Of a stretch of 64,000 nt of DNA, positions 41,026 to 55,500 are shown piece after piece. The DNA is from Eledone cirrhosa (Eukaryota), in contig OZ024740.1 of the NCBI GenBank assembly GCA_964016885.1, positions 251,658,001 through 251,722,000 of the forward strand. The letters are read 5' to 3'. The translations under genes were made by a program, and so were the position numbers. The notes below the pieces were generated by a model that worked only from the letters and a program-made list of their open reading frames with translations, had not been told where the DNA came from and did not search any database. Position 1 is the stretch's first letter. The number at the start of each line of letters is the position of its first letter.

Positions 41026-44000
41026 TACCTCTCCTTGGACGGCTGAAAATTATCTCCCCTTGGACGGCTGCAAATTATCTCCCCTTGATTTTTTTTACAA
41101 ATTATCTCCCCCTGATTTTTTTTACAAATTATCTCCCCCTGATTTTTTTTACAAATTATCTCCCCCTGATTTTTTTTTACAAATTATCTCCCCCTGATTT
41201 TTTTTTACAAATTATCTCCCCCTGATTTTTTTTACAAATTATCTCCCCCTGATTTTTTTTACAAATTATCTCCCCCTGATTTTTTTTTACAAATTATCTC
41301 CCCTTGATTTTTTTTTACAAATTATCTGCCCCTGATTTTTTTTTTACAAATTATCTCCCCCTGATTTTTTTACAAATTATCTCCCCCTGATTTTTTTTAC
41401 AAATTATCTCCCGCTGATTTTTTTTTACAAATTATCTCCCCTTGATTTTTTTTTACAAATTATCTCCCCTTGATTTTTTTTTACAAATTATCTCCCCCTG
41501 ATTTTTTTTTTACAAATTATCTCCCCCTGATTTTTTTAAAAATTATCTTCCCTTGGCTGGCGGGAAATTATCTCCCCTTGGACGGCTGGAAATTATCTCC
41601 CCTTGGAAGGATGTAAATTATCTCCCCTTGGACGGCTGGAAATTATCTCCCCTTGCACGGCTGGAAATTATCTCCCCTTGATTTTTTTTACAAATTATCT
41701 CCCCCTGATTTTTTTTTACAAATTATCTCCCCCTGATTTTTTTTTACAAATTATCTCCCCCTGATTTTTTTTACAAATTATCTCCCCCTGATTTTAAAAA
41801 AAAAAATTATCTCCCCTTCGCTGGCTGGAAATTATCTCCCCTTGGACGCTGGAAATTATAGCCCCTTGGAGGGCTGGAAATTATCTTCCCTTGGACGGCT
41901 GGAAATTATCTTCCCTTGGACGGCTGGAAATTATCTCCCCTTGATTTTTTTTACAAATTATCTCCCCCTGATTTTTTTTTACAAATTATCTCCCCCTGAT
42001 TTTTTTTACAAATTATCTACCCCTGATTTTTTTTACAAATTATCTCCCCCTGATTTTTTTTTACAAATTATCTCGCTCTGATTTTTTTTTACAAATTATC
42101 TCCCCCTGATTTTTTTTTACAAATTATCTCCCCCTGATTTTTTTACAAATTATCTCCCCCTGATTTTTTTTACAATCTCCGCCTGATTTTTTAAAAAATT
42201 ATCTTCCCTTGGCTGGCGGGAAATTATCTCCCCTTGGACGGCTGGAAATTATCTCCCCTTGGACGGCTAGAAATTATCTCTCTTTGGACGGCTGGAAATT
42301 ATCTCCCCTTGATTTTTTTTACAAATTATCTCCCCCTGATTTTTTTTACAAATTATCCCCGCATGATTTAAAAAAAAAAAATTATCTCCCCTTCGCTGGC
42401 TGGAAATTATCTCCCCTTGGACGCTGGAAATTATAGCCCCTTGGAGGGCTGGAAATTATCTTCCCTTGGACGGCTGGAAATTATCTCCCCTTGATTTTTT
42501 TTACAAATTATCTCCCCCTGATTTTTTTTTACAAATTATCTCCCCCTGATTTTTTTTTACAAATTATCTCCCCCTGATTTTTTTTTTACAAATTATCTCC
42601 GCTTGATTTTTTAAAAAAAATTATCTCCCCTTGGACGGCTGGAAATTATCTCCCCTTGGACGGCTGGAAATTATCTCTCCTTGGACGGCTAGAAATTATC
42701 TCTCCTTGGACGGCTGAAAATTATCTCCCCTTGGACGGCTGCAAATTATCTCCCCTTGATTTTTTTTACAAATTATCTCCCCCTGATTTTTTTTTACAAA
42801 TTATCTCCCCCTGATTTTTTTTTACAAATTATCTCCCCTTGATTTTTTTTTACAAATTATCTCCCCCTGATTTTTTTTTTACAAATTATCTCCCCCTGAT
42901 TTTTTTACAAATTATCTCCCCCTGATTTTTTTTACAAATTATCTCCCCCTGATTTTTTTTACAAATTATCTCCCCTTGATTTTTTTTTACAAATTATCTC
43001 CCCCTGATTTTTTTTTTACAAATTATCTCCCCCTGATTTTTTTAAAAATTATCTTCCCTTGGCTGGCGGGAAATTATCTCCCCTTGGACGGCTGGAAATT
43101 ATCTCCCCTTGGAAGGATGTAAATTATCTCCCCTTGGACGGCTGGAAATTATCTCCCTTGCACGGCTGGAAATTATCTCCCCTTGATTTTTTTTACAAAT
43201 TATCTCCCCCTGATTTTTTTTTACAAATTATCTCCCCCTGATTTTTTTTTACAAATTATCTCCCCCTGATTTTTTTTACAAATTATCTCCCCCTGATTTT
43301 AAAAAAAAAAATTATCTCCCCTTCGCTGGCTGGAAATTATCTCCCCTTGGACGCTGGAAATTATAGCCCCTTGGAGGGCTGGAAATTATCTTCCCTTGGA
43401 CGGCTGGAAATTATCTTCCCTTGGACGGCTGGAAATTATCTCCCCTTGATTTTTTTTACAAATTATCTCCCCCTGATTTTTTTTTACAAATTATCTCCCC
43501 CTGATTTTTTTTTACAAATTATCTCCCCCTGATTTTTTTTTTACAAATTATCTCCGCTTGATTTTTTAAAAAAAATTATCTCCCCTTGGACGGCTGGAAA
43601 TTATCTCCCCTTGGACGGCTGGAAATTATCTCCCCTTGGACGGCTAGAAATTATCTCTCCTTGGACGGCTGAAAATTATCTCCCCTTGGACGGCTGCAAA
43701 TTATCTCCCCTTGATTTTTTTTACAAATTATCTCCCCCTGATTTTTTTTTACAAATTATCTCCCCCTGATTTTTTTTTACAAATTATCTACCCCTGATTT
43801 TTTTTACAAATTATCTCCCCCTGATTTTTTTTACAAATTATCTCCCCCTGATTTTTCTTTTACAAATTATCTCCCCCTGATTTTTTTACAAATTATCTCC
43901 CCCTGATTTTTTTTACAAATTATCTCCGCCTGATTTTTTTAAATATTATCTTCCCTTGGCTGGCGGGAAATTATCTCCCCTTGGACGGCTGGAAATTATC

Positions 44001-47000
44001 TGCCCTTGATTTTGTTTTTACAAATTATCTTCCACTGATTTTTTTTACAAATTATCTCCACCTGATTTTTTAAAAAATTATCTCCCCTTGGAAGGCTGGA
44101 AATTATCTCCCCTTGGACGGCTAGAAATTATCTCTCTTTGGACGGCTGGAAATTATCTCCCCTTGATTTTTTTTACAAATTATCTCCCCCTGATTTTCTT
44201 TACAAATATCCCAGTGATTTTTTTTAAAAAATTATCTCCCCTTCGCTGGCTGGAAATTATCTCCCCTTGGACGCTGGAAATTATAGCCCCTTGGAGGGCT
44301 GGAAATTATCTTCCCTTGGACGGCTGGAAATTATCTCCCCTTGATTTTTTTTACAAATTATCTCCCCCTGATTTTTTTTTACAAATTATCTCCCCCTGAT
44401 TTTTTTTTACAAATTATCTCCCCCTGATTTTTTTTTACAACTTATCTCCGCCTGATTTTTTTTAAAAAATCATCTCCCCTTGGACGGCTGGAAATTATCT
44501 CCCCTTGGACGGCTGGAAATTATCTCTCCTTGGACGGCTAGAAATTACCTCTCCTTGGACGGCTGAAAATTATCTCCCCTTGGACGGCTGGAAATTATCT
44601 CCCCTTGATTTTTTTACAAATTATCTTCCCCTGATTTTTTTTACAAATTATCTCCCCTGATTTTTTTTACAAATTATCTCCCCCTGATTTTTTTTTACAA
44701 ATTATCTCCCCCTGATTTTTTTTACAAATTATCTCCCCCTGATTTTTTTACAAATTATCTCCCCTTGGCTGGCTGGAAATTATCTCCCCTTGGAGGCAGG
44801 AATTTATCTCCCCTTGGACGGCTAGAAATTACCTCTCCTTGGACGGCTGGAAAATATGTCTCCTTGGACGGCTGGAAATTATCTCCCCTTGGACGGCTGG
44901 AAATTATCTCCCCTTGGACGGCTGGAAATTATCTCCCCTTGGACGGCTAGAAATTACCTCTCCTTGGACGGCTGAAAATTATCTCCCCTTGGACGGCTGG
45001 AAATTATCTCCCCTTGATTTTTTTACAAATTATCTCCCCCTGATTTTTTTTTACAAATTATCTCCCCCTGATTTTTTTTTACAAATTATCTCCCACTGAT
45101 TTTTTTTTACAAATTATCTCCCCCTGATTTTTTTTTACAAATTATCTCCGCCTGATTTTTTTAAAAAAATTGTCTCCCCTTGGACGGCTGGAAATTATCT
45201 CCCCTTGGACGGCTGGAAATTATCTCCCCTTGGACGGCTAGAAATTACCTCTCCTTGGACGGCTGAAAATTATCTCCCCTTGGACGGCTGCAAATTATCT
45301 CCCCTTGATTTTTTTTACAAATTATCTCCCCTGATTTTTTTTACAAATTATCTCCCCCTGATTTTTTTTACAAATTATCTCCCCCTGATTTTTAAAAAAA
45401 AAATTATCTCCCCTTCGCTGGCTGGAAATTATCTCCCCTTGGACGCTGGAAATTATAGCCCCTTGGAGGGCTGGAAATTATCTTCCCTTGGACGGCTGGA
45501 AATTATCTTCCCTTGGACGGCTGGAAATTATCTCCCCTTGATTTTTTTTACAAATTATCTCCCCCTGATTTTTTTTTACAAATTATCTCCCCCTGATTTT
45601 TTTTTACAAATTATCTCCCCCTGATTTTTTTTTTACAAATTATCTCCGCTTGATTTTTTAAAAAAAATTATCTCCCCTTGGACGGCTGGAAATTATCTCC
45701 CCTTGGACGGCTGGAAATTATCTCCCCTTGGACGGCTAGAAATTATCTCTCCTTGGACGGCTGAAAATTATCTCCCCTTGGACGGCTGCAAATTATCTCC
45801 CCTTGATTTTTTTTACAAATTATCTCCCCCTGATTTTTTTTTACAAATTATCTCCCCCTGATTTTTTTTTACAAATTATCTACCCCTGATTTTTTTTACA
45901 AATTATCTCCCCCTGATTTTTTTTACAAATTATCTCCCCCTGATTTTTCTTTTACAAATTATCTCCCCCTGATTTTTTTACAAATTATCTCCCCCTGATT
46001 TTTTTTACAAATTATCTCCGCCTGATTTTTTTAAATATTATCTTCCCTTGGCTGGCGGGAAATTATCTCCCCTTGGACGGCTGGAAATTATCTGCCCTTG
46101 ATTTTTCTTTTACAAATTATCTTCCACTGATTTTTTATACAAATTATCTCCACCTGATTTTTTAAAAAATTATCTCCCCTTGGAAGGCTGGAAATTATCT
46201 CCCCTTGGACGGCTAGAAATTATCTCTCTTTGGACGGCTGGAAATTATCTCCCCTTGATTTTTTTTACAAATTATCTCCCCCTGATTTTCTTTACAAATA
46301 TCCCAGTGATTTTTTTTAAAAAATTATCTCCCCTTCGCTGGCTGGAAATTATCTCCCCTTGGACGCTGGAAATTATAGCCCCTTGGAGGGCTGGAAATTA
46401 TCTTCCCTTGGACGGCTGGAAATTATCTCCCCTTGATTTTTTTTACAAATTATCTCCCCCTGATTTTTTTTTACAAATTATCTCCCCCTGATTTTTTTTA
46501 CAAATTATCTCCCCCTGATTTTTTTTTACAACTTATCTCCGCCTGATTTTTTTTAAAAAATCATCTCCCCTTGGACGGCTGGAAATTATCTCCCCTTGGA
46601 CGGCTGGAAATTATCTCCCCTTGGACGGCTGGAAATTATCTCTCCTTGGACGGCTAGAAATTACCTCTCCTTGGACGGCTGAAAATTATCTCCCCTTGGA
46701 CGGCTGGAAATTATCTCCCCTTGATTTTTTTTACAAATTATCTCCCCCTGATTTTTTTGTACAAATTATCTCCCCCTGATTTTTTTTACAAATTATCTCC
46801 CCCTGATTTTTTTACAAATTATCTCCCCTTGGCTGGCTGGAAATTATCTCCCCTTGGAGGCAGGAATTTATCTCCCCTTGGACGGCTAGAAATTACCTCT
46901 CCTTGGACGGCTGGAAAATATGTCTCCTTGGACGGCTGGAAATTATCTCCCCTTGGACGGCTGGAAATTATCTCCCCTTGGACGGCTGGAAATTATCTCC

Positions 47001-48330
47001 CCTTGGACGGCTAGAAATTACCTCTCCTTGGACGGCTGAAAATTATCTCCCCTTGGACGGCTGGAAATTATCTCCCCTTGATTTTTTTACAAATTATCTC
47101 CCCCTGATTTTTTTTTACAAATTATCTCCCCCTGATTTTTTTTTACAAATTATCTCCCACTGATTTTTTTTTACAAATTATCTCCCCCTGATTTTTTTTT
47201 TACAAATTATCTCCGCCTGATTTTTTTAAAAAAATTATCTCCCCTTGGACGGCTGGAAATTACCTCTCCTTGGACGGCTGAAAATTATCTCCCCTTGGAC
47301 GGCTGCAAATTATCTCCCCTTGATTTTTTTTACAAATTATCTCCCCCTGATTTTTTTTACAAATTATCTCCCCCTGATTTTTTTTACAAATTATCTCCCC
47401 CTGATTTTTTTTTACAAATTATCTCCCCCTGATTTTTTTTTACAAATTATCTCCCCCTGATTTTTTTTACAAATTATCTCCCCCTGATTTTTTTTACAAA
47501 TTATCTCCCCCTGATTTTTTTTTACAAATTATCTCCCCTTGATTTTTTTTTACAAATTATCTGCCCCTGATTTTTTTTTTACAAATTATCTCCCCCTGAT
47601 TTTTTTACAAATTATCTCCCCCTGATTTTTTTTACAAATTATCTCCCGCTGATTTTTTTTTACAAATTATCTCCCCTTGATTTTTTTTTACAAATTATCT
47701 CCCCTTGATTTTTTTTTACAAATTATCTCCCCCTGATTTTTTTTTTACAAATTATCTCCCCCTGATTTTTTTAAAAATTATCTTCCCTTGGCTGGCGGGA
47801 AATTATCTCCCCTTGGACGGCTGGAAATTATCTCCCCTTGGAAGGATGTAAATTATCTCCCCTTGGACGGCTGGAAATTATCTCCCCTTGCACGGCTGGA
47901 AATTATCTCCCCTTGATTTTTTTTACAAATTATCTCCCCCTGATTTTTTTTTACAAATTATCTCCCCCTGATTTTTTTTTACAAATTATCTCCCCCTGAT
48001 TTTTTTTACAAATTATCTCCCCCTGATTTTAAAAAAAAAAATTATCTCCCCTTCGCTGGCTGGAAATTATCTCCCCTTGGACGCTGGAAATTATAGCCCC
48101 TTGGAGGGCTGGAAATTATCTTCCCTTGGACGGCTGGAAATTATCTTCCCTTGGACGGCTGGAAATTATCTCCCCTTGATTTTTTTTACAAATTATCTCC
48201 CCCTGATTTTTTTTTACAAATTATCTCCCCCTGATTTTTTTTACAAATTATCTACCCCTGATTTTTTTTACAAATTATCTCCCCCTGATTTTTTTTTACA
48301 AATTATCTCCCTCTGATTTTTTTTTACAAA
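35830..48330 (+). repeat. Tandem duplication with a 6235-bp unit (two copies, about 35.83-42.07 kb and about 42.07-48.3 kb)
   Basis: Constant ORF offset 6235 (35974/42209, 37853/44088, 40486/46721, 41842/48077). The private variant TGTACA occurs at 40523 and 46758. Confidence 0.93.
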
Positions 48331-48419
48331 TTATCTCCCCCTGATTTTTTTTTTACAAATTATCTCCCCCTGATTTTTTTACAAATTATCTCCCCCTGAT
48401 TTTTTTTACAATCTCCGCC

Positions 48420-51400
48420 TGATTTTTTAAAAAATTATCTTCCCTTGGCTGGCGGGAAATTATCTCCCCTTGGACGGCTGGAAATTATCTCCCCTTGGAC
48501 GGCTAGAAATTATCTCTCTTTGGACGGCTGGAAATTATCTCCCCTTGATTTTTTTTACAAATTATCTCCCCCTGATTTTTTTTACAAATTATCCCCGCAT
48601 GATTTTTAAAAAAAAAGTTATCTCCCCTTCGCTGGCTGGAAATTATCTCCCCTTGGACGCTGGAAATTATAGCCCCTTGGAGGGCTGGAAATTATCTTCC
48701 CTTGGACGGCTGGAAATTATCTCCCCTTGATTTTTTTTACAAATTATCTCCCCCTGATTTTTTTTTACAAATTATCTCCCCCTGATTTTTTTTTACAAAT
48801 TATCTCCCCCTGATTTTTTTTTTTACAAATTATCTCCGCCTGATTTTTAAAAAAAAATTATCTCCCCTTGGACGGGTGGAAATTATCTCCCCTTGGACGG
48901 CTGGAAATTATCTCCCCTTGGACGGCTAGAAATTACCTCTCCTTGGACGGCTGAAAATTATCTCCCCTTGGACGGCTGCAAATTATCTCCCCTTGATTTT
49001 TTTTACAAATTATCTCCCCCTGATTTTTTTTACAAATTATCTCCCCCTGATTTTTTTTACAAATTATCTCCCCCTGATTTTTTTTTACAAATTATCTCCC
49101 CCTGATTTTTTTTTACAAATTATCTCCCCCTGATTTTTTTTACAAATTATCTCCCCCTGATTTTTTTTACAAATTATCTCCCCCTGATTTTTTTTTACAA
49201 ATTATCTCCCCTTGATTTTTTTTTACAAATTATCTCCCCCTGATTTTTTTTTTACAAATTATCTCCCCCTGATTTTTTTACAAATTATCTCCCCCTGATT
49301 TTTTTTACAAATTATCTCCCCCTGATTTTTTTTACAAATTATCTCCCCTTGATTTTTCTTTACAAATTATCTCCCCTTGATTTTTTTTTACAAATTATCT
49401 CCCCCTGATTTTTTTTTTACAAATTATCTCCCCCTGATTTTTTTAAAAATTATCTTCCCTTGGCTGGCGGGAAATTATCTCCCCTTGGACGGCTGGAAAT
49501 TATCTCCCCTTGGAAGGATGTAAATTATCTCCCCTTGGACGGCTGGAAATTATCTCCCCTTGCACGGCTGGAAATTATCTCCCCTTGATTTTTTTTACAA
49601 ATTATCTCCCCCTGATTTTTTTTACAAATTATCTCCCCCTGATTTTTTTTTACAAATTATCTCCCCCTGATTTTTTTTACAAATTATCTCCCCCTGATTT
49701 TTTAAAAAAAAATTATCTCCCCTTCGCTGGCTGGAAATTATCTCCCCTTGGACGCTGGAAATTATAGCCCCTTGGAGGGCTGGAAATTATCTTCCCTTGG
49801 ACGGCTGGAAATTATCTTCCCTTGGACGGCTGGAAATTATCTCCCCTTGATTTTTTTTACAAATTATCTCCCCCTGATTTTTTTTTACAAATTATCTCCC
49901 CCTGATTTTTTTTACAAATTATCTACCCCTGATTTTTTTTACAAATTATCTCCCCCTGATTTTTTTTTACAAATTATCTCCCTCTGATTTTTTTTTACAA
50001 ATTATCTCCCCCTGATTTTTTTTTTACAAATTATCTCCCCCTGATTTTTTTACAAATTATCTCCCCCTGATTTTTTTTACAATCTCCGCCTGATTTTTTA
50101 AAAAATTATCTCCCCTTCGCTGGCTGGAAATTATCTCCCCTTGGACGCTGGAAATTACAGCCCCTTGGAGGGCTGGAAATTATCTTCCCTTGGACGGCTG
50201 GAAATTATCTCCCCTTGATTTTTTTTACAAATTATCTCCCCCTGATTTTTTTTTACAAATTATCTCCCCCTGATTTTTTTTTACAAATTATCTCCCCCTG
50301 ATTTTTTTTTTTACAAATTATCTCCGCCTGATTTTTAAAAAAAAATTATCTCCCCTTGGACGGCTGGAAATTATCTCCCCTTGGACGGCTGGAAATTATC
50401 TCCCCTTGGACGGCTAGAAATTACCTCTCCTTGGACGGCTGAAAATTATCTCCCCTTGGACGGCTGCAAATTATCTCCCCTTGATTTTTTTTACAAATTA
50501 TCTCCCCCTGATTTTTTTTACAAATTATCTCCCCCTGATTTTTTTTACAAATTATCTCCCCCTGATTTTTTTTTACAAATTATCTCCCCCTGATTTTTTT
50601 TTACAAATTATCTCCCCCTGATTTTTTTTACAAATTATCTCCCCCTGATTTTTTTTACAAATTATCTCCCCCTGATTTTTTTTTACAAATTATCTCCCCT
50701 TGATTTTTTTTTACAAATTATTTCCCCCTGATTTTTTTTTTACAAATTATCTCCCCCTGATTTTTTTACAAATTATCTCCCCCTGATTTTTTTTACAAAT
50801 TATCTCCCCCTGATTTTTTTTACAAATTATCTCCCCTTGATTTTTTTTTACAAATTATCTCCCCCTGATTTTTTTTTTACAAATTATCTCCCCCTGATTT
50901 TTTTAAAAATTATCTTCCCTTGGCTGGCGGGAAATTATCTCCCCTTGGACGGCTGGAAATTATCTCCCCTTGGAAGGATGTAAATTATCTCCCCTTGGAC
51001 GGCTGGAAATTATCTCCCCTTGCACGGCTGGAAATTATCTCCCCTTGATTTTTTTTACAAATTATCTCCCCCTGATTTTTTTTTACAAATTATCTCCCCC
51101 TGATTTTTTTTTACAAATTATCTCCCCCTGATTTTTTTTACAAATTATCTCCCCCTGATTTAAAAAAAAAAAATTATCTCCCCTTCGCTGGCTGGAAATT
51201 ATCTCCCCTTGGACGCTGGAAATTATAGCCCCTTGGAGGGCTGGAAATTATCTTCCCTTGGACGGCTGGAAATTATCTTCCCTTGGACGGCTGGAAATTA
51301 TCTCCCCTTGATTTTTTTTACAAATTATCTCCCCCTGATTTTTTTTTACAAATTATCTCCCCCTGATTTTTTTTTACAAATTATCTCCCCCTGATTTTTT

Positions 51401-52500
51401 TTTTACAAATTATCTCCGCTTGATTTTTTAAAAAAAATTATCTCCCCTTGGACGGCTGGAAATTATCTCCCCTTGGACGGCTAGAAATTATCTCTCCTTG
51501 GACGGCTGAAAATTATCTCCCCTTGGACGGCTGCAAATTATCTCCCCTTGATTTTTTTTACAAATTATCTCCCCCTGATTTTTTTTTACAAATTATCTCC
51601 CCCTGATTTTTTTTTACAAATTATCTCCCCTTGATTTTTTTTTACAAATTATCTCCCCCTGATTTTTTTTTTACAAATTATCTCCCCCTGATTTTTTTAC
51701 AAATTATCTCCCCCTGATTTTTTTTACAAATTATCTCCCCCTGATTTTTTTTACAAATTATCTCCCCTTGATTTTTTTTTACAAATTATCTCCCCCTGAT
51801 TTTTTTTTTACAAATTATCTCCCCCTGATTTTTTTAAAAATTATCTTCCCTTGGCTGGCGGGAAATTATCTCCCCTTGGACGGCTGGAAATTATCTCCCC
51901 TTGGAAGGATGTAAATTATCTCCCCTTGGACGGCTGGAAATTATCTCCCCTTGCACGGCTGGAAATTATCTCCCCTTGATTTTTTTTACAAATTATCTCC
52001 CCCTGATTTTTTTTTACAAATTATCTCCCCCTGATTTTTTTTTACAAATTATCTCCCCCTGATTTTTTTTACAAATTATCTCCCCCTGATTTTTAAAAAA
52101 AAAATTATCTCCCCTTCGCTGGCTGGAAATTATCTCCCCTTGGACGCTGGAAATTATAGCCCCTTGGAGGGCTGGAAATTATCTTCCCTTGGACGGCTGG
52201 AAATTATCTTCCCTTGGACGGCTGGAAATTATCTCCCCTTGATTTTTTTTACAAATTATCTCCCCCTGATTTTTTTTTACAAATTATCTCCCCCTGATTT
52301 TTTTTTACAAATTATCTCCCCCTGATTTTTTTTTTACAAATTATCTCCGCTTGATTTTTTAAAAAAAATTATCTCCCCTTGGACGGCTGGAAATTATCTC
52401 CCCTTGGACGGCTGGAAATTATCTCCCCTTGGACGGCTAGAAATTATCTCTCCTTGGACGGCTGAAAATTATCTCCCCTTGGACGGCTGCAAATTATCTC
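48420..52500 (+). repeat. Additional, slightly more diverged copy of about 740-4,800 (offset about 47682)
   Basis: ORF offsets 47683/47682 (1210/48893, 2066/49748, 2699/50381, 3527/51209). It lacks the CCTAGG and GGTTGG variants of the other three copies. Confidence 0.82.
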
Positions 52501-55500
52501 CCCTTGATTTTTTTTACAAATTATCTCCCCCTGATTTTTTTTTACAAATTATCTCCCCCTGATTTTTTTTACAAATTATCTACCCCTGATTTTTTTTACA
52601 AATTATCTCCCCCTGATTTTTTTTTACAAATTATCTCCCTCTGATTTTTTTTTACAAATTATCTCCCCCTGATTTTTTTTTTACAAATTATCTCCCCCTG
52701 ATTTTTTTACAAATTATCTCCCCCTGATTTTTTTTACAATCTCCGCCTGATTTTTTAAAAAATTATCTTCCCTTGGCTGGCGGGAAATTATCTCCCCTTG
52801 GACGGCTGGAAATTATCTCCCCTTGGACGGCTAGAAATTATCTCTCTTTGGACGGCTGCAAATTATCTCCCCTTGATTTTTTTTACAAATTATCTCCCCC
52901 TGATTTTTTTACAAATTATCCCCGCATGATTTTTAAAAAAAAAATTATCTCCCCTTCGCTGGCTGGAAATTATCTCCCCTTGGACGCTGGAAATTATAGC
53001 CCCTTGGAGGGCTGGAAATTATCTTCCCTTGGACGGCTGGAAATTATCTCCCCTTGATTTTTTTTACAAATTATCTCCCCCTGATTTTTTTTTACAAATT
53101 ATCTCCCCCTGATTTTTTTTTACAAATTATCTCCCCCTGATTTTTTTTTTTACAAATTATCTCCGCCTGATTTTTAAAAAAAAATTATCTCCCCTTGGAC
53201 GGCTGGAAATTATCTCCCCTTGGACGGCTGGAAATTATCTCCCCTTGGACGGCTAGAAATTACCTCTCCTTGGACGGCTGAAAATTATCTCCCCTTGGAC
53301 GGCTGCAAATTATCTCCCCTTGATTTTTTTTACAAATTATCTCCCCCTGATTTTTTTTACAAATTATCTCCCCCTGATTTTTTTTACAAATTATCTCCCC
53401 CTGATTTTTTTTTACAAATTATCTCCCCCTGATTTTTTTTTACAAATTATCTCCCCCTGATTTTTTTTACAAATTATCTCCCCCTGATTTTTTTTACAAA
53501 TTATCTCCCCCTGATTTTTTTTTACAAATTATCTCCCCTTGATTTTTTTTTACAAATTATCTCCCCCTGATTTTTTTTTTACAAATTATCTCCCCCTGAT
53601 TTTTTTACAAATTATCTCCCCCTGATTTTTTTTACAAATTATCTCCCCCTGATTTTTTTTACAAATTATCTCCCCTTGATTTTTTTCTACAAATTATCTC
53701 CCCCTGATTTTTTTTTTACAAATTATCTCCCCCTGATTTTTTTAAAAATTATCTTCCCTTGGCTGGCGGGAAATTATCTCCCCTTGGACGGCTGGAAATT
53801 ATCTCCCCTTGGAAGGATGTAAATTATCTCCCCTTGGACGGCTGGAAATTATCTCCCCTTGCACGGCTGGAAATTATCTCCCCTTGATTTTTTTTACAAA
53901 TTATCTCCCCCTGATTTTTTTTTACAAATTATCTCCCCCTGATTTTTTTTTACAAATTATCTCCCCCTGATTTTTTTTACAAATTATCTCCCCCTGATTT
54001 AAAAAAAAAAAATTATCTCCCCTTCGCTGGCTGGAAATTATCTCCCCTTGGACGCTGGAAATTATAGCCCCTTGGAGGGCTGGAAATTATCTTCCCTTGG
54101 ACGGCTGGAAATTATCTTCCCTTGGACGGCTGGAAATTATCTCCCCTTGATTTTTTTTACAAATTATCTCCCCCTGATTTTTTTTTACAAATTATCTCCC
54201 CCTGATTTTTTTTACAAATTATCTCCCCCTGATTTTTTTTACAATCTCCGCCTGATTTTTTAAAAAATTATCTTCCCTTGGCTGGCGGGAAATTATCTCC
54301 CCTTGGACGGCTGGAAATTATCTCCCCTTGGACGGCTAGAAATTATCTCTCTTTGGACGGCTGGAAATTATCTCCCCTTGATTTTTTTTACAAATTATCT
54401 CCCCCTGATTTTTTTTACAAATTATCCCCGCATGATTTTTAAAAAAAAAATTATCTCCCCTTCGCTGGCTGGAAATTATCTCCCCTTGGACGCTGGAAAT
54501 TATAGCCCCTTGGAGGGCTGGAAATTATCTTCCCTTGGACGGCTGGAAATTATCTCCCCTTAATTTTTTTTACAAATTATCTCCCCCTGATTTTTTTTTA
54601 CAAATTATCTCCCCCTGATTTTTTTTTACAAATTATATCCCCCTGATTTTTTTTTTTACAAATTATCTCCGCCTGATTTTTAAAAAAAAATTATCTCCCC
54701 TTGGACGGCTGGAAATTATCTCCCCTTGGACGGCTGGAAATTATCTCCCCTTGGACGGCTAGAAATTACCTCTCCTTGGACGGCTGAAAATTATCTCCCC
54801 TTGGACGGCTGCAAATTATCTCCCCTTGATTTTTTTTACAAATTATCTCCCCCTGATTTTTTTTACAAATTATCTCCCCCTGATTTTTTTTACAAATTAT
54901 CTCCCCCTGATTTTTTTTTACAAATTATCTCCCCCTGATTTTTTTTTACAAATTAACTCCCCCTGATTTTTTTTACAAATTATCTCCCCCTGATTTTTTT
55001 TACAAATTATCTCCCCCTGATTTTTTTTTACAAATTATCTCCCCTTGATTTTTTTTTACAAATTATCTGCCCCTGATTTTTTTTTTACAAATTATCTCCC
55101 CCTGATTTTTTTACAAATTATCTCCCCCTGATTTTTTTTACAAATTATCTCCCGCTGATTTTTTTTACAAATTATCTCCCCTTGATTTTTTTTTACAAAT
55201 TATCTCCCCTTGATTTTTTTTTACAAATTATCTCCCCCTGATTTTTTTTTTACAAATTATCTCCCCCTGATTTTTTTAAAAATTATCTTCCCTTGGCTGG
55301 CGGGAAATTATCTCCCCTTGGACGGCTGGAAATTATCTCCCCTTGGAAGGATGTAAATTATCTCCCCTTGGACGGCTGGAAATTATCTCCCCTTGCACGG
55401 CTGGAAATTATCTCCCCTTGGACGCTGGAAATTATAGCCCCTTGGAGGGCTGGAAATTATCTTCCCTTGGACGGCTGGAAATTATCTTCCCTTGGACGGC

